A stretch of 63,994 nt of DNA, counting the filler, from Basidioascus undulatus (taxonomy: Eukaryota): assembly GCA_000826855.1 (NCBI GenBank). It is 4 parts of 4 records of this genome, joined end to end, with 100 filler letters (N's around TTAATTAATTAA, not from the genome) between each part and the next. Parts side by side here need not be neighbours in the genome. Positions count along the whole stretch, not along the records: positions 1 to 31,103 come from JTLS01000106.1; 3 more parts are not named here. One strand, written 5' to 3'. The stretch's first letter is position 1; each line of letters begins with the position of its first letter. The position numbers and the translations under genes are program-made. Of this stretch, positions 18,034-29,801 are shown one piece after another. The notes beneath the pieces are model-generated. The model was not told the DNA's origin, made no database searches, and worked only from the letters and a program-made list of their open reading frames with translations.

Positions 18034-18764
18034 ACTTCGGATCGCTCGCCCCGCTGCCGCGGCCGTCGCCTACGTTTATGGACCCTTTTCTTCTTCTGTT
18101 CGTCTCTTCCTCCTACCCTAGTATACCATCCGCCCACCCATCCACACCCCCACACACGCCGCTTCGCTCACTTGTCGCTCGCATGTTGTGTTGTCCTGTC
18201 TCTGCTCGTGATTCCCCGTGTTCTCTTCTCTATCTCTGCTTCGATCCGTTCTCTGTTCCTTTCTTGCCTCTCGCCTCGTACACGGCTTGTAATTATGGTT
18301 CCTCCTCTGGGCTTTTGCTTTCGCTTCCAGCCCGCTTGGTTACGCTCTGATCGTGTCCTGCTGCTTTTCCTCGTCTTTTTTCCCTGTGCTTGTGCGCTAT
18401 GCATTCCTCGAGTGAATGTAGCTAGAGTATGGTATGGTGCGAGTGGCGAGCGTGGGAAGACCCGGCAGGGGGTGCGAATCCGACCGCCGTGCATGATCGC
18501 GAGGCGAGGCGCGAAGAACCCCGCCCGGATGCAAACGTGGACGGGCTTGGGACAGGCTGCTGTGCTTTCGCTTTCTCGCTCCTGGCCTGCACTCGTATCG
18601 CCATCTTCTCCTTGCATTGTCCAATCGTCCACATCAGCGGAAACCCTTGGAGGCGTCCGCCCTTCCACCTACAGTGCCTACACAGCCGCTCGCCTGTCGC
18701 ACGGTGCCACCTCCCGAACCCCGTCCGCTCCGAAGGGATCGCCTGGCCGGTCGAGATCGCCACG

Positions 18765-20544
18765 ATGGACCGACATGTTAAGGGCCCTGTGCACAGGCTA
18801 CAGGACTATGCGACGCGAGGTGGGTCCTTCACCCTTGTTCGTTTGCGGGGAGATGGCGAGAGGCGAGATGGCGAGAGGCGAGATGGCGAGATGGCGAGAT
18901 ATAGACGGGTGCTGATCCTCGGGTGGGCGGAGCAGCTATCACGCTCAATATCGGATGTGCGTCTCTCATCGTTGGGAAGGCGTCATGCATCGTTGAGGTT
19001 GGGAACTGATGGGAGGACGTGGGTGGTGCGGCTTGGCGAGAACAGATCTCACGGACTTGGGGGATATGGAATACCGGCTCGTACGTCTTCCTTCACATCT
19101 TGCGCCGAAGGAACTGCCATTAATGGAGGACCTATTTTTGTGTTTATTTCCACAGGTCAAGGACCTGCTCATGGCGTGCAAGGTCCCGGGGCAGCTGCTG
19201 GAGATTGAGGAGAACTCGCCGGTGCGTTCCCCCTTTGGGTGGGAGGCGTGAGGGGTTGCTGATGGCTCGGATAGGGAGATATAGCATTTGAGGGAGGCGG
19301 ATCAAGGTGCGCTGGTTTGTTCTTGAGGTGTGAATGAGGGAAGGCGGTAGCTGACGAGGTAACGGATACGCTGAGGTAGAGGTGTGGCAGCACCATGTCC
19401 TGCGCGACTTTGGGCACATCATGAACGCCTGGACGAACGACGAGATGGACGAGCCCGAGTCATGGCGGACATTGTACCTCGTGTGTCGGCCCTCACACCT
19501 CCCGCCCCCCTCGCCTCATGCTCGGAGACTGATGCCTGGAGGGAATGGGTAGGACGAGCGCGAGAAGGAGCAGCGCCGGATGGAGGACGCCGCGGGCCGC
19601 CTGCGCGAGAAGTTGCAAGGTCTGAAGGAGGCGAAGCAGGCTAAGCGCACGGTCGTCACCGACGCGCTGGCCCCGCCGCGGAAGAAGGCGAGATGGGGCG
19701 CTGGCTTGGCGTCTTCGTCTGGGTCGTCTTGTGCGTTGGCGTTCTCCTTCCTCTATCTCCCCTGTTACCCGGAGTGACTCCCCTCACCTTTGCGTACACA
19801 GCGGCAAGCAGCATCCTGGCGCGTGCAAAAAACGAAGCGCGCTCGTCGCTCACGGCGCGCAACGCCCGTCTGACAAGCGGCGGCGTCAGCCGGCCCAGGT
19901 CCTCCGCCTCGTTAGGGGGAGTATCGACCAACCCGCGCCTGACACGAGCCTTCCCGCCTATCCCGAGCGAGATGCGCACGCTCGAGCGTCCGTCGCTAGC
20001 GTCCAGCACGTCCGCCGCCGCGAGCCGCAGCCACTCGATGCCCATCCTCTCCGCGAAATCCGCAGGGTCGTCACCCGCATCCTTCCTCCCGCCTGCGTCA
20101 CCAACGCAGTCGAGCTTCGCTTCGCTCGTGCTTCGCCGCCCGTCGACTGGCGGGGGTGCACTCTCTCCTCCCCCGCATTCCCCATCCTTCACGTCGAGCT
20201 CCTCCGCGCTCTCCCCCCCGCCCTCGCACGCCATGTCCCGTCCCGTCCCGCCCCAGCCGATCAACTTCTTCGGCGCCGCTCCTACCAAGCCGCCAGCGGC
20301 CAAGGCCATCACGACTGTGCGGAAGGTCCTCCGTCCTCCCTCGATGTCGCAAAAGCAGCCGCCGTATGCCGCGCCGCCCAAGCAATCGTCGGTCCACCCG
20401 CCCCGAGCAGCTAAACCTCCATCCGCGCCGCCTCACCATGCCCCCTCCCATCCCGCCGCCTCCGCATCAAAACCGAAAGCTTCGATCTTCATGCCCAAGA
20501 ATCGAGCGTTCTCGCAACTCCCATCTGGGCAGGTGCGACGATAG
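18765..20544 (+). CDS. Elongin A-domain protein (RNA Pol II factor SIII subunit A / Ela1-like)
   Basis: BC-box-like start MDRHVKGPVHRLQDYATR, then LTDLGDMEYRL(V)KDLL, QLLEIEENSP, VWQHHVLRDF, PESWRTLY, RMEDAAGRLREKLQGLKEAK, SILARAKNEAR, and an S/P-rich tail. Confidence 0.78.
18850..18900 (+). repeat. Short tandem repeat (GAGATGGC/GAGAGGC units) inside an intron
   Basis: gagatggcgagaggc gagatggcgagaggc gagatggc gagatggc gagat is visible directly. Confidence 0.8.
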
Positions 20545-20947
20545 CGCGGCGAGAAGGCGGGGCTCGCCTGATTTTCTTCCTTCTCGCTTGCACGGCTGCA
20601 TTTTTTACGATTTTCTTATCTTCTAGCATCTCTTCACCATCCTGTTCTTCTTTCTGCACATGTATTAGCACCCCACTGCTGCACTGCTCCTGTGAGTTTT
20701 GCCTGTGCACCGCATGCCTGCTTTCTGACATAAACACGCTCACGCCACTGTCTCGACTCAAGCATGACATTCAGTATACAGCTGCTGGACCTCAATCATG
20801 TCGGCAGTATACATCCCGCAGGCATCGTGAAGGCAAGCCAAGAAATAAGTGCGAAAGTGTGCGTAAGCCGTGGTGTGACGAGAACCCCGCTCGTGAAAGG
20901 TAAGATAGCCCAAGAATGCACAGCATCTGCAGGGAAAGAAGAACCGC

Positions 20948-22208
20948 TCAGAGCGCAAGGAGTGACCCGACGAGGACTGCCCCTGCGAGAGCTGGCAGCG
21001 ACGATGCGACGAGGCCGGGCGGCGCAGCGCCGGGAACAGCCCCACAAGCTACGAGAGTTTAAATTCACCATCAGCGTCAGGGTCGGGTTGAATACTCAGT
21101 CTTCAAACACGAAACGGACGGGCAGTTGTCTCGTTCGTCGCTGCAGTACCGGGAGTGCTGGCGCCGCTGGCGGTGGTACCGTTCGTGCCCCCCGTCCCGA
21201 GCGCCATCGCGTTGGCTTTGAAGGCGCTGGGATCCGAGAAGGGTGTAGCAAGAAAGTCAGCAGCCAGTGCAGTTGTGTTAAAGCGGGGACATGACTGACG
21301 CGAACGTCCTTTCACCGGTCGTGGGCGGGTTGATCCTGCAGAGAGAGCTCCAGTCAGTCACAGTCACGGAAGGGGGGGGAAACAGGGGTGTGCGCGGAGG
21401 CAGGGGACGCACGCTGCCACCATGCCATTTGCGCAGTGCTGCCCTTGGAGACAGAAGAGCCAGATCGGGCTCGTCTGTAAGGGTGAGAAAGCGTCAGTCA
21501 CTGTCGAACCGGCTGTCGCATAACCGGCGCAGAGACGAACGTCGACGATCTGAACCGTCCAAAGCGCGAACTCCGTCGCGTTCTCGGCCACGGCGACGTA
21601 GGGGGAGGAGAATCTGCAGAGTGAATTGTAATCAACGCGAGCTCAGACGCACAAGCTTGCGCACCCCATCGTGTTGATCGTCGTGTTCAGGAGCCGTGCG
21701 CAGGGGGCCGCGAACGTGCTCTGCGTCACAGTGTGATTCCTCGCCTCGAACTGGAAGGTGACACTAGGACGGCAGAAATGATTAGTCGAGCGCTTCTTGA
21801 TCCAAGCGTTCCTAAGACACACAAATCGCCTGAGCAAGAGAGGTCACACCGGTGTGCCGGAACGCCCTGTCAAGACGAAGAAGCGCACCTGGGGCAGCCA
21901 CGAGAGTCTCTGGACAAGGCCTCTTCCCAATATGAGCGGGAAGCGTTGGGGGAGAGAGATGAATGGGTCGCACCTGGTGCAAACGCCAGACCCGCGGCTG
22001 TACAGCACCCCAGCATGGATCAGCCAAACCCGCCCGCATTCCGAAGGACGTGAAAGCACTGACAGCCCCCGACGATCATAGTGAAATTCGCCCCGAGAGC
22101 CGGTGAGGAGAGCTGGAAAGGAAATCAGTCATCAGATCAAGACCCTCGCTTTCTTTCAGCCGTTTTGAGACGCACAGCGAGAGCCGCGAATGCGAGGGTG
22201 GCGAACAT
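20948..22208 (-). CDS. Secreted, probably GPI-anchored cupredoxin-like serine-rich protein
   Basis: Signal-like MFATLAFAALA, VTFQFEARNHTVTQSTFAAPC, PIWLFCLQGQHCANGMVA (C-x4-H-C-x2-G-M), AFKANAMA, a T/G-rich linker and a hydrophobic C-terminus (LAGAVLVGSLLAL*). TATA-like element near 22461-22470. Confidence 0.75.
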
Positions 22209-22599
22209 GGCGGGGAGGCGGTTTGATCGAAAAAAAAGGGAGGCGAGTGCCCGACTCGAAGAACGAAACAGGGAAGGAAAGAGGGACTGGGAGATCTGAC
22301 GAGGACAGAAAACAGCGGCGCTGATGGACATTCGAAGGGAAGGACAGCGCAAGCAAGGGCAAGCGACTACAAAGCCAACACGGCTGAAAGGCCGCAGGAA
22401 CGTCCGCTCCTCCGTTGCCATGGCGACCGGGGTACGGAGTCGAGGGAACTCGTGCCTGCACTATTTATAATCATCAATACGAAGAAAAGCACATTTTTGG
22501 AAGAAAACTCGTCAGCAGGTGTGTGACCATAGACGAGAACGGACGCCGCAGAATGTGGCAGCCATGGTTGCATTGTGGCATGTTCATGGGGACCCTTGG

Positions 22600-23217
22600 G
22601 CAATTCTACTCACAGATTCCAATAAGTAACTGAGCATTGTAGGGCACAAAAATGCACAGAGATAATCATGCTCGCAGACGAGTCTCTCCTCAAAGTGCAG
22701 CGCTAGCATTGCTTCGTCAGATTCGACATGATCCGATAAGGGCATCCCTATCCCAGGAGAAAGGCAGATGGGTTTGTATATTTACTAATAGGATGTACCA
22801 GCTCTCTACATTCATATCAATCAGACTTGGTGCGTCGTCCTCAGCACTGAGCGCACTACTGGGCGTGCTCGACAGTTCTTCCAAACGAAGGCCAGGCAGG
22901 ATCTTGAAAAAAACATGGTCTCGGCTGACTGGGGAATCCTTTTGAGAGAAGACATATCATCAATTTGCGTCGTGTACAGTATGCGTACAGAAATGATCGC
23001 ACTCAGAACGGTAAGTGTAGAATGAGAGCCGCAGGCTGAACGTGAAACGGGGGGACTCAAAGGCTATGCAAATGTGATTTGACCGCTTCAGACGAGCTTG
23101 GGATTCTAGAGTTTCCTTCATACGGATCCTGAAGGACTTAAAATATGACCAGACTGACTTCACAGGTCCGCGACCGGCGCGGTAGGAGTTACTCTTTCTT
23201 TTCGCTTCCGGCGCCAT
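22600..23217 (-). mobile_element. Possible degenerate hAT/BED-finger transposase relic
   Basis: KSVWSYF (BED-like S-x-W-x-Y-F), then HLPFSW and RCTLRR in the order expected for hAT N-termini. Stops and frameshifts are present, and no TIRs were recognised. Confidence 0.25.
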
Positions 23218-25399
23218 GCGTCGAACTTCAGTGTGTTACTCTGGGGTATAGCCTGGTCTGCGGAATACGTCAGCTTTTACTCATAAGATGCACTCTGCAC
23301 GAACACCAGCAACAGGGGGAAAGTTCCAACTGACCCAGCAGTTATCCCATGCGAGCAGACGCGAAAGCGAGGCACTGCAGCCTACTTAGTTGAGTATCAC
23401 TGCCGGCAAATGACGCTCAAAATCATCAGAACACGACAGCTACCAAAAAGTATGCAAAGCAGGGGCACCGTTTTGTGAGCCAATGCTAGCTCTGATGATA
23501 GTCATGATTCTCGCAATCATCGCTCGAAGGCAATTTTTTCTTGAAAAATTGCTTAACGCCGGCAACCAAACCTAATGCAGGAGCACGACCGGCGAGTACA
23601 AGTTTGAGCACAGAGGAGCGCAGAGCGGGCAAAGGGGGGGCGGGGGGTTGACTGGGAGAAGAGAAAGGAAGCAAGAACCAGTACTAGGTGGAGAAGTCCA
23701 TAAAGCAGGCTGTTTCACGCAGTAGCATATCATGATTAAGAGGCCAATCGGGACAGCAGGCATGAGGGAGAACGTAAAGAGAAACATGCGGTGCGTGAAG
23801 ACGTAGCAAGATATGCGTGACGCGTCAGGGCGGTAAAATGCGTGCACAATCCAAAGTCACACTTCCAGGCTTTGCCGGTCAGGAATATTCATATACAGCG
23901 GTAGATCAACAGGGTATGAAACGGGCAATGCACTACGTGCAGTGGGGAAGACGGAGCGCGATCGGTTGTTGGCAGGTATGCGACAGTGACGGTAAGGGCC
24001 CTGCAGCGGGCACTGCACGCACACGCCCCCTGTGCTGGTCTGGTTCTTCTACTGCGACGAGGCGAAGACGTCGACAAAGGCGGCGGTGGTGAGGACGAGC
24101 ATGTGGGCGAGCATATCGAGAGAGTGATGGAAGTGGAAGCGGTTGTTGTGCGGGGGAGAGGTGAAGAGAAGAAGTGAGGAGAAGTGGAAAGCTGTTGGTG
24201 CTGGAAAGAGGGATCTGCCTGTAGTGGGGTCTTTTATATGTGATAGAGGCCTCGAAGGTAGCAATGTTTGCGGAAGGAGCAACAGGACATTTGGACATGG
24301 CAGGTGCCGCTCGCATCGCTAGCGACTGGGGAGCGGAAGAACGCTCGCTGCTTGTTCAGGCCCCCTACTTGTTTACCTTCTGTGTTTTTCTACCCTCCGG
24401 AGGCCTTGTATTGAATGTGAGCGGAATACCTGCCGGAGATTTCTTGGGGTCTGATCGCTAATGCAGGTCGCACTTGCCGGTTGGCTGTGCCAAGCGACAC
24501 CCACCTCTCTCCAAGGCTTGAATAGAAGTTCTAAATGTTGTGTGGCGCACCACCAAGCAATAAGGCTGTTGGATACCGGAGTACGGCGAAAAGGCTGGAC
24601 CTCATGCAATACTGCAAGAGACTGCTTGAGCTCCCGGAGCCGCTCTACCGCTCGCATGCCCATCAGCAGCTTATCAAGGTCTCTTCAAACCAGATGTGTG
24701 GTTTGGCCATAAAATGAACAGGAACAGAGCTAAAGAACAAGGCCGAAGGTCCGTTAGAAAAGCCTTTGCAGGAAAGAGCTCCTCCTACAACCACAGACTG
24801 CCCCATCCCCTGATCTTCCTGCCCAACATCTCACCTTTGTGATCCCAACAGGCTGCGACAACATCCGATAGTGCCCACCGCCTACGCCCGACCTCTTCTT
24901 CCCGGATAGCTGCCTAAACCCGTTCGCCGCGCAGGCCTCGAATGCATACCTTGGTCATCAGCCTAAAATAATCATGCTGCCAGTTGGGGCTGGACCAGCG
25001 GAAACGTCTTGGGTTGCTTGCTTCCTTTACGGAGGAAGAAGCATTCATGCCCTTTCACTGCCGTTTGCTATGAAGGCAGTGTAGCAGTCATCGTTCTCCT
25101 AGGTGCGATTGATGCCCCTGCTGCCAGCCCTTCGGGCGCCCCCGTACAAAAGGATGTCGGGCGAAGAAGACAAGATATGCTGGAATGAACTAGTCACAAA
25201 AGCGGCAGAGTCCGACGAAGACAGTTGTGTGGGGCGTACGATTTGTTCAGATGGGCCGAGAGCGAAAGACCAGAGGATCGAATGAGGGATTTGAGGCGAG
25301 TCAAATGTGTCGCTCAGTGCGAATGCAGAGACTGAAGGTTAAAACACAGTCCGAGTCTAGTGCGAACTTTCGCGATCCACACTTATCCCTCTGTTCCGC

Positions 25400-26289
25400 T
25401 CACGAGCTCGGCGGGTGCTCCTCCAAATGCATCTTCAGCTTCTCCAGCGCCCTATACCTACGGTTGATCCTGTTCTTATCCTCCGCCTCCATGTCGGCAT
25501 ATCTGTCCCCCATGCCCGATTCCCGATCCTCCCCAATGAGCGTCCCCGCACGCAACAAAGCAAACGGCTCACGTCTTCCCCTCCCCCTCGTCCGGCTCGA
25601 AAACAGGGTCCCACCCGAACTTCGCCCGTCCGCGCGGGGGGACCATCTTGCCCTCCGTGCGGCCCTCCAAGAGGAGCGGCTCGGCGCCGGGTCCGGGGAA
25701 GTACGCGAACTGCAGAGCGCACGGGTCGGAGCCGGAAAGCATCTTGTTGAGGCCTGTACGCAGAGCCGGGTCGTAAGAAGCGGGAGAGGAGAAGGGACGA
25801 GGGGAAGGAGAAAGAAGGAGCGCACGTACCGTCGGCTCTAGCTTTTGGAGGAACCACTTGATGTAAGGGCCCGGAAGGTCGGCCATCGCGCGGAAGCAGA
25901 GCGCCGTGTCCTCCGTGATGACCGGGCCGTTGACCTGCCTCCCACCTTACCTCTCCCATTCTGAGAACATCCTGTCCTGCCGACAGGGCGGAGAAAGGCA
26001 GAAGTGAAGAAGGAGACGCACGATCTTAGCTGCCTCCTTCACCTTCTCCAGCACGACTTCCTGCGTCGAGACGCCCTGTACGTCGGGGACTGTCCAGTCA
26101 CCATATTCAGTTCGTGGACTGCAGAAGCCGAAGCAGAAGGTCCAAGGTGAAAAAATCGGAAGCCTCGCACGGCCCAAGACTCGAGCTCGAGGGGCACCCC
26201 GTCGGAGGCGAGAATGGCGCGCACCTCGCGCAGCTTATGGCGTTGCCGGCGACGAATACTAGAGTAGTTGCGATGTTGGAATGGGTCAT
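25400..26289 (-). pseudogene. HAM1: Inosine triphosphate pyrophosphatase (Ham1/ITPA), apparently inactivated
   Basis: LVFVAGNA-[frameshift]-[52 protein letters not shown]. There is a 1-nt deletion near 26237, the SHR motif reads NRR, and a short deletion follows GLNKML. Confidence 0.82.
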
Positions 26290-26676
26290 GACAGCACCGA
26301 TTGCGCGTGGGAGAGGATGCGAGCGGTGCCGAGCAATTTGGGCATGATGGATGGGAGAGAAACGAGAAGCGACGCGGCCGCGGAATGTTGCCGCGGTTCC
26401 AACCTGCAGCGCAATGTGTTGGATGTACACGCCAAATCTGCTATTTGGTTCATCAGTATGGGGTCCAATAACAGCTGCCGTATAGTATGTGGAGCCAGAG
26501 CAGTTCTCAAAAGCATACCCATGGCGAACAAACTGTAGTATGCCTGGAATCGGCAGCTGCTCGTCGCCGCCTCTCGCTGTCATCACATTCTTGGACAATC
26601 GACTTACTGCCCCGCTTTTGAGCTCCTGCAGCACGCCCAGATCCGACCGGCGCGGGCAACAAGCTCGTCGCCGGGC

Positions 26677-27274
26677 CTAAGCACTTCGCGCCTTGTCCTC
26701 CGAAAGCCCAGCTCCCGCGCTCCTCCGCTCCTCCTCCCTCGCCCGCTCCCCATCCGTCCACGGCCTCGACCCCCACGCGCCGTCATACAATTCCTCCGCG
26801 GTGCGCGCGAGGTCGACGTCCTGCTGTGTGAGCGCGTGCCCGTCCTGCGCCGCGTGCGTGACCAGGTTGAGCGTGACGTGGTTGTAGGCGATCGTTATCG
26901 TTGGGTGATGCTACAGGATCCCCAGAGTCATTGAGCGAAAAGAGAAGAAGGGAAAAAATTTGGTGCGATGGACGGACGTCAGCAGCAATGCACGCCTCAG
27001 CGACACGATCAACAAACTTGATCGAGCCGCGGAAGCCCTTGAAGGTGAAGAGGCGTTCCATCGTCGGCGCAGAGGCGGAGGAGGACGAGGTGGATGGGGA
27101 GGGGTGCATGATGCGCCAGCTCGGGAGGGAGGCGAGTGCGCTAGACAGCTCGGAGGACGTGAGTGCGGGAGGCTTCGATATGGGCATCGCTGCGGTTGCA
27201 GGCGAAGTGGTGGTGGACATGGCTCGGATTACGGGTGCGAGAGAGCGGGTTAGAAGCGATGAGGATCGAAACAT
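26677..27274 (-). CDS. Pterin-4-alpha-carbinolamine dehydratase with a mitochondrial presequence-like N-terminus
   Basis: MFRSSSLLTRSLAPVIRAM, LPSWR, MERLFTFKGFRGSIKFVDRVAEACIAAD|HHPTITIAYNHVTLNLVTH, ALTQQDVDLA. One intron. Confidence 0.88.
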
Positions 27275-27695
27275 TGGAAAGGGACGAGAGTTGAAGGTGA
27301 GATGGTCAGTGATGATGGATGAAAAGGGTGAAGAGACGATGATGGTCGAATCGAAGCATGAGGAGGCCCACGTCGACCTTCGCGGTGTGGCTCACCCACT
27401 GCCATGGCATTTCCGCACACCCACCTGGGATCTGATACCTGCACCTTTTCACCACACGCTGAATGGCGCGCACAAGATGGATCCCCGCCGTTGGCGTTGA
27501 GAACGAGGCTGTTGGCGAGAAATGAGCTGAGCTTGAGCAGCAGTCGCGCTCTCGACGCGGGCCGCACGTGCCTCTGGCTGGCTAGGCTGCCTTCTCGCTT
27601 CGTCTTGCATTCTCCCATTGTCCTCGTCCTTGTCATTTTACTTCTTCGCACATCCCAAACTTACACTTTTAATCTCACCGTTCACTCCTTTAATC

Positions 27696-29113
27696 ATGGC
27701 CGTGTACGAAGCGACCACCTCCGCGCCCGTCAACATCGCAGTCATCAAGTGCGTCTTCCTCCCAGCTCCCACCCCCATTTCCGTCTTCCCCTCCCAGTTT
27801 GTTTAGCTCATCAAGTCGTCTCCTGCAGGTACTGGGGCAAGCGAGATGTCCCTTTGAACCTCCCGACCAACTCGTCCCTCTCCGTCACGCTCTCGCAGGA
27901 CCACCTGCGCAGCACGACCAGCGCGCGCGCCGCCCCGACCGAGGACGGCAAGGACCGCCTCTGGCTCAACGGCGAGGAGGTCGAGATCAAGGGCAGGATG
28001 GCGGACGTCATTCGCGAGCTCAGGGCTCTGAAGGGGGACGCTGAGGTAAGTCTGGGCGACGGCAAGGCGGAGCGATGGGGAGGCAGGTGGGGAAGATGGG
28101 CTTAGGAAGACGCAGAGCTGGCTGGAGCTCGGGGGACGGCCCATCTTGTGCTTGTGCATAGTGAGGGAGTGCATTGTCAGGCATGCTGACGTTTAACCCC
28201 CCAGGTCGCCCGCCTCCCCCTGCACATCGTCTCTTACAACAACTTCCCCACCGCCGCGGGCCTGGCTTCTTCCGCCTCTGGCTTCGCCGCGCTCGTCTAC
28301 ACGCTCGCGACGCTCTATGCGCTCCCGCTCTCCCCCTCCGCGCTGTCCGCGATCGCGCGGCGCGGATCCGGCTCCGCGTGCCGGTCCCTCTTCGGCGGGT
28401 TCGTCGCGTGGGAGATGGGGTCCGCCGCGGACGGGAAGGACTCGCTCGCGGTCGAGGTTGCGCCGCGGAGCCACTGGCCCGAGATGCAGGCGCTCATCTG
28501 CGTCGTCTCCGCCGCGAAGAAGGGCACGCCCTCCACCGCCGGCATGCAGGCCACCGTCGCGACCTCCCCGCTCCTCGCGCACCGCGTCGCGCACGTCGTC
28601 CCCCAGCGTATGGCCGACATGGAGGCGGCGATCAAGGCGCGGGACTTTGACTCGTTCGCGAAGATAACCATGGCGGACTCGAACCAGTTCCACGCGGTGT
28701 GCCTCGACACGGCCCCGCCCATCTTCTACCTCTCCGACGTCTCCCGCGCGCTCATCGCCCTCGTCAATGCGTACAACGACGCGTCCGTCGCCCAGGGCGG
28801 GGGGTACAAGGCCGCCTACACGTTCGACGCCGGCCCGAACGCGGTCATCTACGCCGAGAAGAAGCACATCCCCGAGATCCTCGCCCTCGTCCAGGCAGTC
28901 TTCCCGCCCTCGGAGGAGTTCACCAACCCCTTCGGCGTGGAGAGCGTCCCCTTGCCGGAAGGTGTGGATCTCGAGAAGCTCGGGAAGGGCCGCTGGGAGA
29001 AGGGCGCCGTGTCGAGGCTCATCCACACCGAGGTCGGCGACGGCCCGCGGGTACTGGCCAAGGAGGAGAGCTTGTTGAACGAGCGGGGCCTGCCCAAGAC
29101 GCTTAACCAATAG
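27696..29113 (+). CDS. MVD1: Diphosphomevalonate decarboxylase
   Basis: ATTSAPVNIAVIKYWGKRD, LPTNSSLSVTL, NNFPTAAGLASSASGFAAL, ARRGSGSACRSLFGGF, MADSNQFHAVCLDTAPPIFY, AYTFDAGPNAV. Confidence 0.97.
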
Positions 29114-29801
29114 TTGCGGGTGTACGGGCGAGGAGACGGCGGGTTTCGGTTGACAGTCGTGTGAGCAGATTTGGGTATACCACGAACGCGCTGTGCATTA
29201 TCTCGTCCTGCCTGCGTTTGACTTCCCCGTTGATGGTCGACCGTTCGAGAACTTGCAAGCTGTGCTATGGAAGTCCCTCGCTCGTTCCAGACTTTGACTA
29301 GTTTTCGTCAGTCAGTCAGCGCGGCTCCCGACTTCCCGACTGCGACTCGCTATTTCACGTGGACGGCAGATCCTCCCTCTGCCCTGCATCCCAGCCCGTT
29401 GGCTTGCGCACCTCTTATTCATGAAATAATTCCACATGCAGATGCATCTATTTCCTGGAGCTGAAGAGGAGCTCAAGGATGCTGGTCGGTGCTCATGCAG
29501 CGCCTTTTCTGAATCTTTCTCTCACAGCCGCACAGTGCCGATGTGGCGGATGCTGCGCGTTGCGGATCGTGTTTCGCTGAATAGCCTCAAAATTTCAAAC
29601 TAGAATTGCAGGGAAGCAAATTGTTATGGGAGCAGAGAATGGTGAAGGCGGTCAGCCGGTAGACAGTATGTCGAAAGCGGGCGGCAGGCGAGCGGATGCG
29701 GCTTACTTCCGACTTTCATATTCGTTGCCCTGACCGCCCTCCTCGCCTGCGCATACACCCCAAAAGCTTTACAAAAACCTTTTTAAATCCTCTATTCCCC
29801 G

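Noticed and set aside
26677..29113. MVD1 with PCBD as a possible metabolic or terpenoid cluster
   Set aside because: No terpene synthase, prenyltransferase or tailoring genes lie nearby. This looks like an ordinary divergent gene pair.
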